Shown one piece after another: positions 8,428-15,070 of a stretch of 64,000 nucleotides of DNA. Below the pieces are notes generated by a model. That model made no database searches. It was not told the DNA's origin and saw only the letters and a list, made by a program, of their open reading frames with translations. How positions within the stretch are numbered: position 1 is the stretch's first letter; every line of letters starts with the position of its first letter. Origin of the DNA: a virus; IMG/VR virus record IMGVR_UViG_3300001846_000219; one strand, given 5' to 3'. Both the position numbers and the translations under genes were made by a program.

Positions 8428-8668
8428 AAGGACAACAATTTGGAGACTCTGGGCAAAAGCACTTGGAGAAAAGGCAGGTAAATGTGACAAAGAATCAGAC
8501 TACATTGCTGGTGTACGGACTATTGTATTCGTCACTTATCTTCTCACTAATTGTTTCATTGTGGCAGGGGTAATTAGGCACTGGGATGATAACAAACCTC
8601 CTAGTGTGCCAGTTGGTCAAACTGTCCACCAAACCCCCCAAAGGTGCCCACGGGGTGCCATACTATAA
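8414..8668 (+). CDS. Conserved cyanophage membrane protein, reading through into promoter element 3
   Basis: IWRLWAKALGEKAG...D.IA.VRT..F.TYLLTNCFIVAGVIRHW. Confidence 0.7.
   Translation: MKKSKRTTIWRLWAKALGEKAGKCDKESDYIAGVRTIVFVTYLLTNCFIVAGVIRHWDDNKPPSVPVGQTVHQTPQRCPRGAIL
8606..8664 (+). promoter_or_regulatory. Early promoter element 3
   Basis: GTGCCAGTT-N4-AAACTGTCCAC; TG-C-CATACT with -10 at 8659; ATAAGAGTCAAA. Confidence 0.8.
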
Positions 8669-8688
8669 GAGTCAAACAAAGAGAGCAA

Positions 8689-8925
8689 ATGCAACTCACT
8701 TCACAAGGTCAATCCCGCGCTATGGTTGTTGAGTTTCGTCCTCACAACATTCTCACCGATAAGTTTGTCTACACCCTGAAGTTTATGGGTGATGAGCAAA
8801 CCAAGTCGATGCGATTGATGAACAAGAAAGAGATGATTGAGACTGTAAATGCACGTCTTGATCTTAACTATGAGGTGACTGATTTCCTGACTGAACCTCA
8901 AGAATACTTCCCTTGTGCTTGCTGA
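8689..8925 (+). CDS. Hypothetical early protein
   Basis: ATG at 8689 (MQLTSQGQSRAMVVEFRPH) after element 3. Confidence 0.7.
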   Translation: MQLTSQGQSRAMVVEFRPHNILTDKFVYTLKFMGDEQTKSMRLMNKKEMIETVNARLDLNYEVTDFLTEPQEYFPCAC

Positions 8926-9011
8926 TGGATGTAACTAATGCATCACTTCTTGCCACCTTTGTTCTACTCATCGGTGGCATTGTTTTCTTCTTCAAAGTAA
9001 CTTACCGATGA
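8925..9011 (+). CDS. Hydrophobic mini-protein (28 aa, not in the track)
   Basis: MDVTNASLLATFVLLIGGIVFFFKVTYR; coupled at both ends. Confidence 0.55.
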   Translation: MDVTNASLLATFVLLIGGIVFFFKVTYR

Positions 9012-9358
9012 CTGCTTTCGCTGATTACGTTGCCCAGCAAGATGCTCGCAACACGATTGAACTTAATATCGTTAAGTATGGTCTGATGCTGTGTGATGCT
9101 CTCCAGCAAGATGCTCCCGATGGTTATCACTACTCCCTTGATTCTTCGGGACGTAAGTATCACAAAGTCTTTATGCACATTGGTGATCGTCGCGACAGTA
9201 TTCACGCCTTCATTGATAAGAAGTCTGGTTCTGTGTATAAACCTGCCAGCGTAAAAGCACCTGCTAAAGGTGAACGTTACAACGTTCTTATTATTGACTC
9301 TCGTGAGGAAATGTTTGAGCGTTGTGATTGGGCGGGAGGTTATCTCTACGCTCGTTGA
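9008..9358 (+). CDS. Conserved T4-like phage early hypothetical protein
   Basis: GRKYHKV...SIHAFIDKKSGSVYKPASVKAPAKGERYN...DWAGGYLY. Confidence 0.8.
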   Translation: MTAFADYVAQQDARNTIELNIVKYGLMLCDALQQDAPDGYHYSLDSSGRKYHKVFMHIGDRRDSIHAFIDKKSGSVYKPASVKAPAKGERYNVLIIDSREEMFERCDWAGGYLYAR

Positions 9359-9397
9359 TACGAACTCTCTCATCATTCACCTTTAATTGTTACTAAA

Positions 9398-9814
9398 ATG
9401 GACACCCGAGTTACCCTGAATCGAGTTGTTAACACTCTGCAATCTGCACTTGATGTTATGACTGACGCAAGCAATCCTGATGGGCAGGGTTATGCTTATG
9501 CCTCTGGATATGCTAGGGGTTCTATGAATCAAGCGATTGATGAGTTGTGTGATCTCCTTGAAAGTATGGAACCCATTCGTTATAGAGTAACTGAGGTGCA
9601 GTTTGACTTTCAAGATGATGATTTTGAACTGCCTGTTCAACAACAACTTGATTTGATCCAAGATTGTAAGAATAGTGTTTGGACTGTTGATGAAGAAACT
9701 GATTTGGTTGATGCTATAACTGATCATTACGGATGGTGCGTCCAAAGTATAGAATATGAGGAGGAGGGTGTGACAGTTCCCGAACCGCCTACCATTCACC
9801 CCTTTTTCCCCTGA
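9398..9814 (+). CDS. Hypothetical protein, C-terminus running into promoter element 4
   Basis: 138 aa; C-terminal half W.VDEE.DLVDAITD.YGWCV.SI.Y resembles a cyanophage family. Confidence 0.65.
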   Translation: MDTRVTLNRVVNTLQSALDVMTDASNPDGQGYAYASGYARGSMNQAIDELCDLLESMEPIRYRVTEVQFDFQDDDFELPVQQQLDLIQDCKNSVWTVDEETDLVDAITDHYGWCVQSIEYEEEGVTVPEPPTIHPFFP

Positions 9815-9827
9815 TGGGTGCCATACT
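9770..9827 (+). promoter_or_regulatory. Early promoter element 4 (right half-site degenerate)
   Basis: GTGACAGTT at 9770; TG-C-CATACT with -10 at 9822; same 52-nt offset as the other copies. Confidence 0.7.
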
Positions 9828-9889
9828 ATAAGGGTCGAGAGGGGGAGAGCAATTCTTTCTCTCTCGGTTCACAATCTTACTTCTTGAAA

Positions 9890-10072
9890 ATGACCAAAGC
9901 ACAAGCACTTGCCGAGTTTCGTATTTGCTGGAAGGGCGTTGTTGATGCCTATCCTAGACTGAAAGGTGACACGGTTTGGAAGCGTGAAGAGTGGAACAAT
10001 TTCACCGATGCACTGTGCAAAGGTGGAGAGATTACTGAGAATCAATATAACAACTGGTCCAACCCTTTCTGA
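9890..10072 (+). CDS. Hypothetical early protein
   Basis: ATG at 9890; the track start at 9818 lies inside the promoter. Confidence 0.7.
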   Translation: MTKAQALAEFRICWKGVVDAYPRLKGDTVWKREEWNNFTDALCKGGEITENQYNNWSNPF

Positions 10073-10078
10073 ACACCA

Positions 10079-10324
10079 ATGAAAAACTTCACTGACAATT
10101 ACTTCAATTTCGTTCAAAAGATGATGTTTCACGTTGCTACCATCCTTGCATTTTGGGTTGGTGTTGTTACTTACGCTGCCAAAGGTGTGCGTGAATGGTA
10201 TAGCAATGGTGGGCAAGAAAGCATCGCATTGTTCACAATGAAGGTGCTGCAATTCATCAACTCAGCATCAGAATCCCTCTACTATTCTGTGGAGGAAACT
10301 GTAGACATTCCCCGAGAGGTGTGA
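10079..10324 (+). CDS. Hypothetical protein with a hydrophobic segment
   Basis: 81 aa; the stop TGA is supplied by the first bases of element 5. Confidence 0.65.
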   Translation: MKNFTDNYFNFVQKMMFHVATILAFWVGVVTYAAKGVREWYSNGGQESIALFTMKVLQFINSASESLYYSVEETVDIPREV

Positions 10325-10378
10325 CAGTTCCCCAAACTGTCCACTAAACCCGCACAGTCCCCTCAAATGCCCTATATT
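10321..10378 (+). promoter_or_regulatory. Early promoter element 5
   Basis: GTGACAGTT-N4-AAACTGTCCAC; TATATT at 10373; downstream GGGG-N6-CCCC hairpin. Confidence 0.8.
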
Positions 10379-10425
10379 GGTCACATCGGGGGGGACTGCT
10401 CCCCACACTTCCTTAAGACTCTCAA

Positions 10426-10653
10426 ATGACTATCACCGTGACCAATCCTGAAGGCAAAAAGTATATCTCTCTCGTGGAAGATCGTGCTTTTATGAGTGCA
10501 ATTCAAGGACTCTACGCTTTCACTGTTGATAACAACGCTGATTGCGATATGGCATACGATTGGGTATGCGATCAGGCAGAATGTCACTCCTTTGTTTGTG
10601 ACGGTCCCGCGTGGGATTTGTTCTACGATACCTGGGAATTTGCACACTCCTGA
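10426..10653 (+). CDS. Hypothetical early protein
   Basis: 75 aa; first gene after element 5. Confidence 0.7.
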   Translation: MTITVTNPEGKKYISLVEDRAFMSAIQGLYAFTVDNNADCDMAYDWVCDQAECHSFVCDGPAWDLFYDTWEFAHS

Positions 10654-10700
10654 TGTATTCTGATCCCTGCACAATCGCCCTTCAAACTGATAACAAACTG

Positions 10701-10880
10701 ATGACAATTCACAATCCCTACGTTGCAACTCTCGTTGAAATGGGTTACGACGAAGCAGACTGCCAAATGGTAGCAAATGCTGGTGTTAAGTCTAACTATC
10801 CTCGCACGATTCACGGTCGAGTTTTTAACACTGAAGCAGAGTACAAAGAGGCACTTGCTGACTACATCAACGGACTCTGA
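10701..10880 (+). CDS. Conserved cyanophage hypothetical protein
   Basis: MTIHNPYVATLVEMGYDEADC...YPRTIHGRVF; an alternative start lies at 10654. Confidence 0.65.
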   Translation: MTIHNPYVATLVEMGYDEADCQMVANAGVKSNYPRTIHGRVFNTEAEYKEALADYINGL

Positions 10881-10881
10881 G

Positions 10882-11049
10882 ATGATTACTTCCAAAGCAC
10901 AAATGCTCAAAATCATTGCAACTTGTGCTCAACCACATACTCTAACCCGAGAGGAAAAGTTTCAGGTTTTTGTCAACGTGTGTGACAATATGCTTGCTGA
11001 GGGTAGACTGAGCAAAGCAAATCACAAACGTTGGACTAACGTTTTCTGA
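10882..11049 (+). CDS. Hypothetical early protein
   Basis: ATG at 10882 (MITSKAQMLKII...RWTNVF). Confidence 0.7.
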   Translation: MITSKAQMLKIIATCAQPHTLTREEKFQVFVNVCDNMLAEGRLSKANHKRWTNVF

Positions 11050-11076
11050 TCTAATCAACCACACTTCCTTAATACA

Positions 11077-11445
11077 ATGCTGGTCAAACTTTCCTTCCCG
11101 TCTAAAACCAAGAAGACTACTTGCATCGCAGTTTATGAGTTTGCAGATGGGCGAACTCTCGATGCTTGTGTAGCAACTCTGAAGGCAACTAACGCTAAAA
11201 GAGCAAACAAAGAGACCACAACTTTCGAGGTGATTGATTCTCACTCTGGTCCTATCTATCGGTGGGATACTAATGCTAACAAGTTTGTGAGTGAGCGTAA
11301 GCAACTCGAACGTGCTTACTTTACAACCAAGGTGCAAGAATATCGTGCTGTGGTTGATAAAGTTATTGATGATAAAATCTCCGAGTTCTTTACTGAATGG
11401 ATGGAAGATTATCGCCTTTTGCATAAACCAATGGGTGCTGTGTGA
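11077..11445 (+). CDS. Hypothetical protein
   Basis: 122 aa; the stop lies within element 6. Confidence 0.7.
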   Translation: MLVKLSFPSKTKKTTCIAVYEFADGRTLDACVATLKATNAKRANKETTTFEVIDSHSGPIYRWDTNANKFVSERKQLERAYFTTKVQEYRAVVDKVIDDKISEFFTEWMEDYRLLHKPMGAV

Positions 11446-11498
11446 CAGTTGGACAACCTGCACACAAAATAAGCACGGCACCCCAGATCCTGTATTGT
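11442..11498 (+). promoter_or_regulatory. Early promoter element 6
   Basis: GTGACAGTT-N4-AACCTGCAC; TATTGT at 11493; ATAAGAGTCAAA. Confidence 0.8.
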
Positions 11499-11523
11499 AT
11501 AAGAGTCAAAGGAATTGCCCCAA

Positions 11524-12024
11524 ATGACGACACAAACTCCTGAAGCACGTTTCCAACAACTTTTCGAGGAAATGTATGCTCTATGTGATGAGCAAGGTTG
11601 GGGAGATCCCTTCTCTTATGCTCGCTCCCGTGAGATTCACTTAGCAGGCGTTCTTGGACATAAAGTTGCAGACACCTATTCTGGTGCTGATGCTTATGAC
11701 GAAGATGGTCCCTGTGAGTATAAATCTACGATCGGTGACAAACTAACTGCAACGTACAACGGCATTAGTGTACAGAACTCGTGGGAGGAGCAAGAGCGTT
11801 ACTTGATCGAAGATAAGATCGGTAAGTATCAGAATCATTATTTCGGTCGTTACTCTAACGGCAAGATTGTTGAGGTTTGGAAGATGGATGCTAACGATGT
11901 TCTTGCTGTTCTGCTACCTCAACTGAAGAAGAAGTTTGGTACAGTCAAGAACCGCAAAGATCCTCGTCTGGGTTACACTATCTCTAACAAGGTTATCCGA
12001 CAATTTGCTACCCAAATCATCTGA
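11524..12024 (+). CDS. PD-(D/E)XK endonuclease, PvuII-like (putative)
   Basis: GADAYDEDGPCEYKST matches the recalled PvuII active site GNDAVDNAGQEYELKS; size and flanking patterns are co-linear. Confidence 0.65.
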   Translation: MTTQTPEARFQQLFEEMYALCDEQGWGDPFSYARSREIHLAGVLGHKVADTYSGADAYDEDGPCEYKSTIGDKLTATYNGISVQNSWEEQERYLIEDKIGKYQNHYFGRYSNGKIVEVWKMDANDVLAVLLPQLKKKFGTVKNRKDPRLGYTISNKVIRQFATQII

Positions 12025-12061
12025 CTCTCGTTTCACCTCTCACCGTCACACTTTTCCTCCA

Positions 12062-12241
12062 ATGATGCAAACTTCCATCGACCTCCTTGCTAACACCTAT
12101 ATGGACAGACTGCAAGAGCACGTTGATAACAATGACATCGCATCTTCTGATGCCATCTATACTGAGTTTGTGGTTGATGGTGTAGATCCTGAGGACGGAG
12201 ATTACGAGTGGTTGTTTGTTAATGACCTGATCAACAACTGA
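12062..12241 (+). CDS. Acidic hypothetical protein
   Basis: ATG at 12062 in the 11936 frame. Confidence 0.65.
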   Translation: MMQTSIDLLANTYMDRLQEHVDNNDIASSDAIYTEFVVDGVDPEDGDYEWLFVNDLINN

Positions 12242-12280
12242 TCTCTCTGCTATACTAATCACACCACACATTTCACCTAG

Positions 12281-12571
12281 ATGACAATGACTCTCCTGCA
12301 AATCGACTCCAATCGCCGTAATGATCTCACCGACACTTATGTGTGGGATATGATCAACCAGATGAATAATGATATGCTTGAGCAACTCTGCCACGATTTA
12401 CTTGTGGAGTCTATGACTAATCTTTCTGACTATGAATTGTGTGAGGAAGTGTATGACTACCTGGGGCAATCTGATGAGACTTTCAAAGAGTTTGCTGAGC
12501 AATGTTTGACTGATGATGAGGTTAACTCCTATTTGGATGATGTTAACGTCGTGAGCGAATCTCGCAACTAA
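12281..12571 (+). CDS. Acidic hypothetical protein
   Basis: 96 aa, D/E-rich, helical pattern. Confidence 0.7.
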   Translation: MTMTLLQIDSNRRNDLTDTYVWDMINQMNNDMLEQLCHDLLVESMTNLSDYELCEEVYDYLGQSDETFKEFAEQCLTDDEVNSYLDDVNVVSESRN

Positions 12572-12594
12572 TCGAAGAGAAATCAAGGGGGGTT

Positions 12595-12652
12595 GTGCCA
12601 GTGTAAAGAACTGTCCACTAAAAGCGCACAGCGCCCCGAAATCGGGTATCTT
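12595..12652 (+). promoter_or_regulatory. Early promoter element 7
   Basis: GTGCCAGTG-N5-AACTGTCCAC; TATCTT at 12647; downstream GGGG-N6-CCCC hairpin. Confidence 0.75.
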
Positions 12653-12710
12653 AAGGAAGTGGAGGGGAGCACACCCCACACGCTAACCAAACTCACTCAA
12701 CTTCTTCAAA

Positions 12711-13061
12711 ATGCGTAAGATCGAAAAGCAAATGTGTGCCGCTGTTCAGTCTAACTCTGACTGGAAATCTGGTAACACTCGTGTAGAGTTTATCGCTGAA
12801 ACTGGTGAGTCTAAAGTGTATCTGCACGACAATCTCATCGCTATCATTGATGACACTTCGATGCAAATCTTTGACGGTGGTTGGCAGTCTGTGACCACAA
12901 AATCCCGTCTCAATGCACTTTGCACTGAGTTTTGTGTTGCTGGCGAAGGAGTTTTCCAACGCAACTTTAAGTGGTTCGTTCACAAGTTGGTCGGTCAATC
13001 TTCCATCACTGGTAAAGTCTTCAACGAAGAACCTTTCGTCAACGGTTACATCTTCGCCTGA
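12711..13061 (+). CDS. Conserved phage early hypothetical protein
   Basis: MRKIE..M..A...W...NT.V...VYLH.N.IA...FDGGWQS.TTKSRLNA. Confidence 0.8.
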   Translation: MRKIEKQMCAAVQSNSDWKSGNTRVEFIAETGESKVYLHDNLIAIIDDTSMQIFDGGWQSVTTKSRLNALCTEFCVAGEGVFQRNFKWFVHKLVGQSSITGKVFNEEPFVNGYIFA

Positions 13062-13069
13062 GAGTTAGT

Positions 13070-13255
13070 ATGATCAAAGCACTCACAAAACGCCGTTCTG
13101 CTAACTACTTCGCGAATCAAGTGAAAGTTCTTCTCCTCATTCTGATTGGTGTCCTTATCTATCAATCAAAGGATGCACGATTCTTTATCTCAGACCGCCT
13201 GAATGATGCTTCTGAGATGATCCGTCCCGACCCCCAATTTGAGATCCGTTTCTGA
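13070..13255 (+). CDS. Small membrane-anchored protein
   Basis: VLLLILIGVLIY hydrophobic stretch. Confidence 0.6.
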   Translation: MIKALTKRRSANYFANQVKVLLLILIGVLIYQSKDARFFISDRLNDASEMIRPDPQFEIRF

Positions 13256-13446
13256 TGCAAAACTACCGAGTTCAAGTTGAAACTAACGACGGATGTTGCA
13301 CCATTTGGTATGAAAAAGCAAAACTGAATAAACTGGTTACAATAGATCAGGCAAACGCAAATAATTGCCTGAAGATACAAAACAGAGTCTATAATCAACT
13401 CTGTGGACTGAACATTAAGGAGATTAGCGTTATTCCCAGTGCTTGA
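13255..13446 (+). CDS. Conserved cyanophage hypothetical protein
   Basis: YRVQVETNDGCCTIWYEK...NRVYNQLCGLNIKEISV. Confidence 0.65.
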   Translation: MQNYRVQVETNDGCCTIWYEKAKLNKLVTIDQANANNCLKIQNRVYNQLCGLNIKEISVIPSA

Positions 13447-13471
13447 CAATTACAACTAGATAGTGTACACT
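13443..13471 (+). promoter_or_regulatory. Sigma70-type promoter
   Basis: TTGACA (13443)-17 bp-TACACT (13466). Confidence 0.65.
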
Positions 13472-13472
13472 T

Positions 13473-13498
13473 AGGGGATCAAAACGATCCTCTTTTTT
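13473..13498 (+). terminator. Intrinsic terminator
   Basis: AGGGGATC-AAAAC-GATCCTCT followed by a T run. Confidence 0.65.
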
Positions 13499-13511
13499 AT
13501 TGTCCAAACCA

Positions 13512-14144
13512 ATGAACTTATCTGATAATTTTGAGAACATTGCACAGTCAAATGTCTACGGATTGTTTATGATGCCCGTGGGAGTTTTCCACAATCCAGA
13601 TCATACTGAGCACAAGCAACTTATTCTGGATTATATACAAACTCTCGATTCTGAAACTGTCACCTCAGCACGACAATCTATCTCCCACGGTATTCTCCAA
13701 CTTGGTCCTTCTAATATACTTGACCAACCCGAACTATCTCCAATAAGAGAAACGATCTCACAGGCGATTCTAGACATCAATGCCAACGCTTTTGCATACG
13801 ATCTACAATCCCCAACCATTACAGATTCCGTTTTAGAAGTACATCAAGAAGGATCATTTCTCGCTCCACACGAGTATGCAAACTGTCTCTATTCTGGCAT
13901 CTATTTCATTAACTACGATCGCGAAGAACACTCCCAATTAAAGTTCAAACGCACAATCGCCTCTCCATTCTATTCAATCATTCAAGCACCTCAAACTACA
14001 CAGACTGCCTTTAATCTACTCGATACAAGTGTACCTTACTCAGAAGGAGATATTGTCATTTTCCCGTCTAATCTCTCACACGGGTATGAATCAAACTCTC
14101 ACGCTAATCGTATCACTCTCTCCTTCAACATTCCCCCATTTTAA
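13512..14144 (+). CDS. 2OG-Fe(II) oxygenase-like protein (TIGR02466-like), altered metal motif
   Basis: LAPHEYANCLYSGIYFI, EGDIVIFPSNLSHG, RITLSFN. Confidence 0.75.
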   Translation: MNLSDNFENIAQSNVYGLFMMPVGVFHNPDHTEHKQLILDYIQTLDSETVTSARQSISHGILQLGPSNILDQPELSPIRETISQAILDINANAFAYDLQSPTITDSVLEVHQEGSFLAPHEYANCLYSGIYFINYDREEHSQLKFKRTIASPFYSIIQAPQTTQTAFNLLDTSVPYSEGDIVIFPSNLSHGYESNSHANRITLSFNIPPF

Positions 14145-14146
14145 TA

Positions 14147-14485
14147 ATGAACCCATTCACCAAGATTAACGACAATACGTTCAAAGATAGTGAAGGAACG
14201 TTATACAAACCTATTCCTAATTACGAGGATTATTATGTCTCTAATACAGGAAACATTTACTCCACAAAGTATGGTAAATGGAAACGCCTTAAGACTCATC
14301 TAAATGAGAATGGATACAGGAGAGTTACTCTAAGACAGAATGGGCGGACAGTTGTAAGAAGATGCGCCAGATTAACCGCATTGGCGTTTATACCTACGGA
14401 ACTCAATGATTGCAACGTTTTTCACATCGACGGGAACAAAGTTAACGATCATTCTACTAATCTAAGGTGGGTGAGTTCTGTATAG
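14147..14485 (+). CDS. NUMOD4-HNH homing endonuclease-like protein, C-terminally short
   Basis: YKPIPNYEDYYVSNTGNI (NUMOD4); ALAFIP...FHIDGNKVNDHSTNLRWV. Confidence 0.8.
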   Translation: MNPFTKINDNTFKDSEGTLYKPIPNYEDYYVSNTGNIYSTKYGKWKRLKTHLNENGYRRVTLRQNGRTVVRRCARLTALAFIPTELNDCNVFHIDGNKVNDHSTNLRWVSSV

Positions 14486-14681
14486 TTTTCCACAGGTTTT
14501 TCCACAAAGGGGATTATTTTCTGTGGAATAAAAATGGTCTAATAAATATACCTTACTGTTTTGTTAATCGTGTTAGAATCCCTCTGAGAAGTGCAACCTT
14601 AGACTCTACTCTATCGACAGCGAGTTGTCAACACTCAGAGGACACACGAAAAACTGACACAATGGGTTGACTTTTTCCACA
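14486..14681. repeat. Cluster of TTTTCCACA (DnaA-box-like) motifs
   Basis: Exact copies at 14486, 14498 and 14673; inverted one-mismatch copy TGTGGAATA at 14522. Confidence 0.7.
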
Positions 14682-14695
14682 GTCTCCCTTATACT
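14667..14695 (+). promoter_or_regulatory. Sigma70-type promoter
   Basis: TTGACT (14667)-17 bp-TATACT (14690). Confidence 0.8.
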
Positions 14696-14736
14696 TTCAA
14701 AGTCCCTCAAAGTTAACCAAATTCACCTCTAATCTA

Positions 14737-14931
14737 ATGGGTCGCACATACAAACGGAACGACACTTATAGAAGTAATCGTCCGAAAAGTCTGCGTGAAA
14801 AACGTAATAATCGTCCACGTGGTAAGTATGAACAATTGGACAATTATGAGTCCAGTTCATATAGCAAACAGAACAAGACTAATCGACAACAATCGGAGTA
14901 TGATTTGAATGGAGATGACATCTATGGTTGA
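14737..14931 (+). CDS. Protein with a basic N-terminal half
   Basis: MGRTYKRNDTYRSNRPKSLREKRNNRPRGK. Confidence 0.7.
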   Translation: MGRTYKRNDTYRSNRPKSLREKRNNRPRGKYEQLDNYESSSYSKQNKTNRQQSEYDLNGDDIYG

Positions 14932-15070
14932 CCCTAATGTTATCCAAACTCTAGACACAGATTGGGTAGATGAGATGCTCGAAGATGACTCGGAGGATCT
15001 ATACGAAGAGTCGCTCTATGATGATACATCAGGCATCGAAATTGAGATCGAATACACTACAGACTATTGA
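14915..15070 (+). CDS. Extremely acidic small protein (51 aa, not in the track)
   Basis: MTSMVDPNVIQTLDTDWVDEMLEDDSEDLYEESLYDDTSGIEIEIEYTTDY; 18 D/E and no K/R. Confidence 0.6.
   Translation: MTSMVDPNVIQTLDTDWVDEMLEDDSEDLYEESLYDDTSGIEIEIEYTTDY

Noticed and set aside
5518-12652. Early palindrome interpreted as an NtcA or CRP site
   Set aside because: It does not fit GTA-N8-TAC or TGTGA-N6-TCACA spacing; only the TGTGA half matches.
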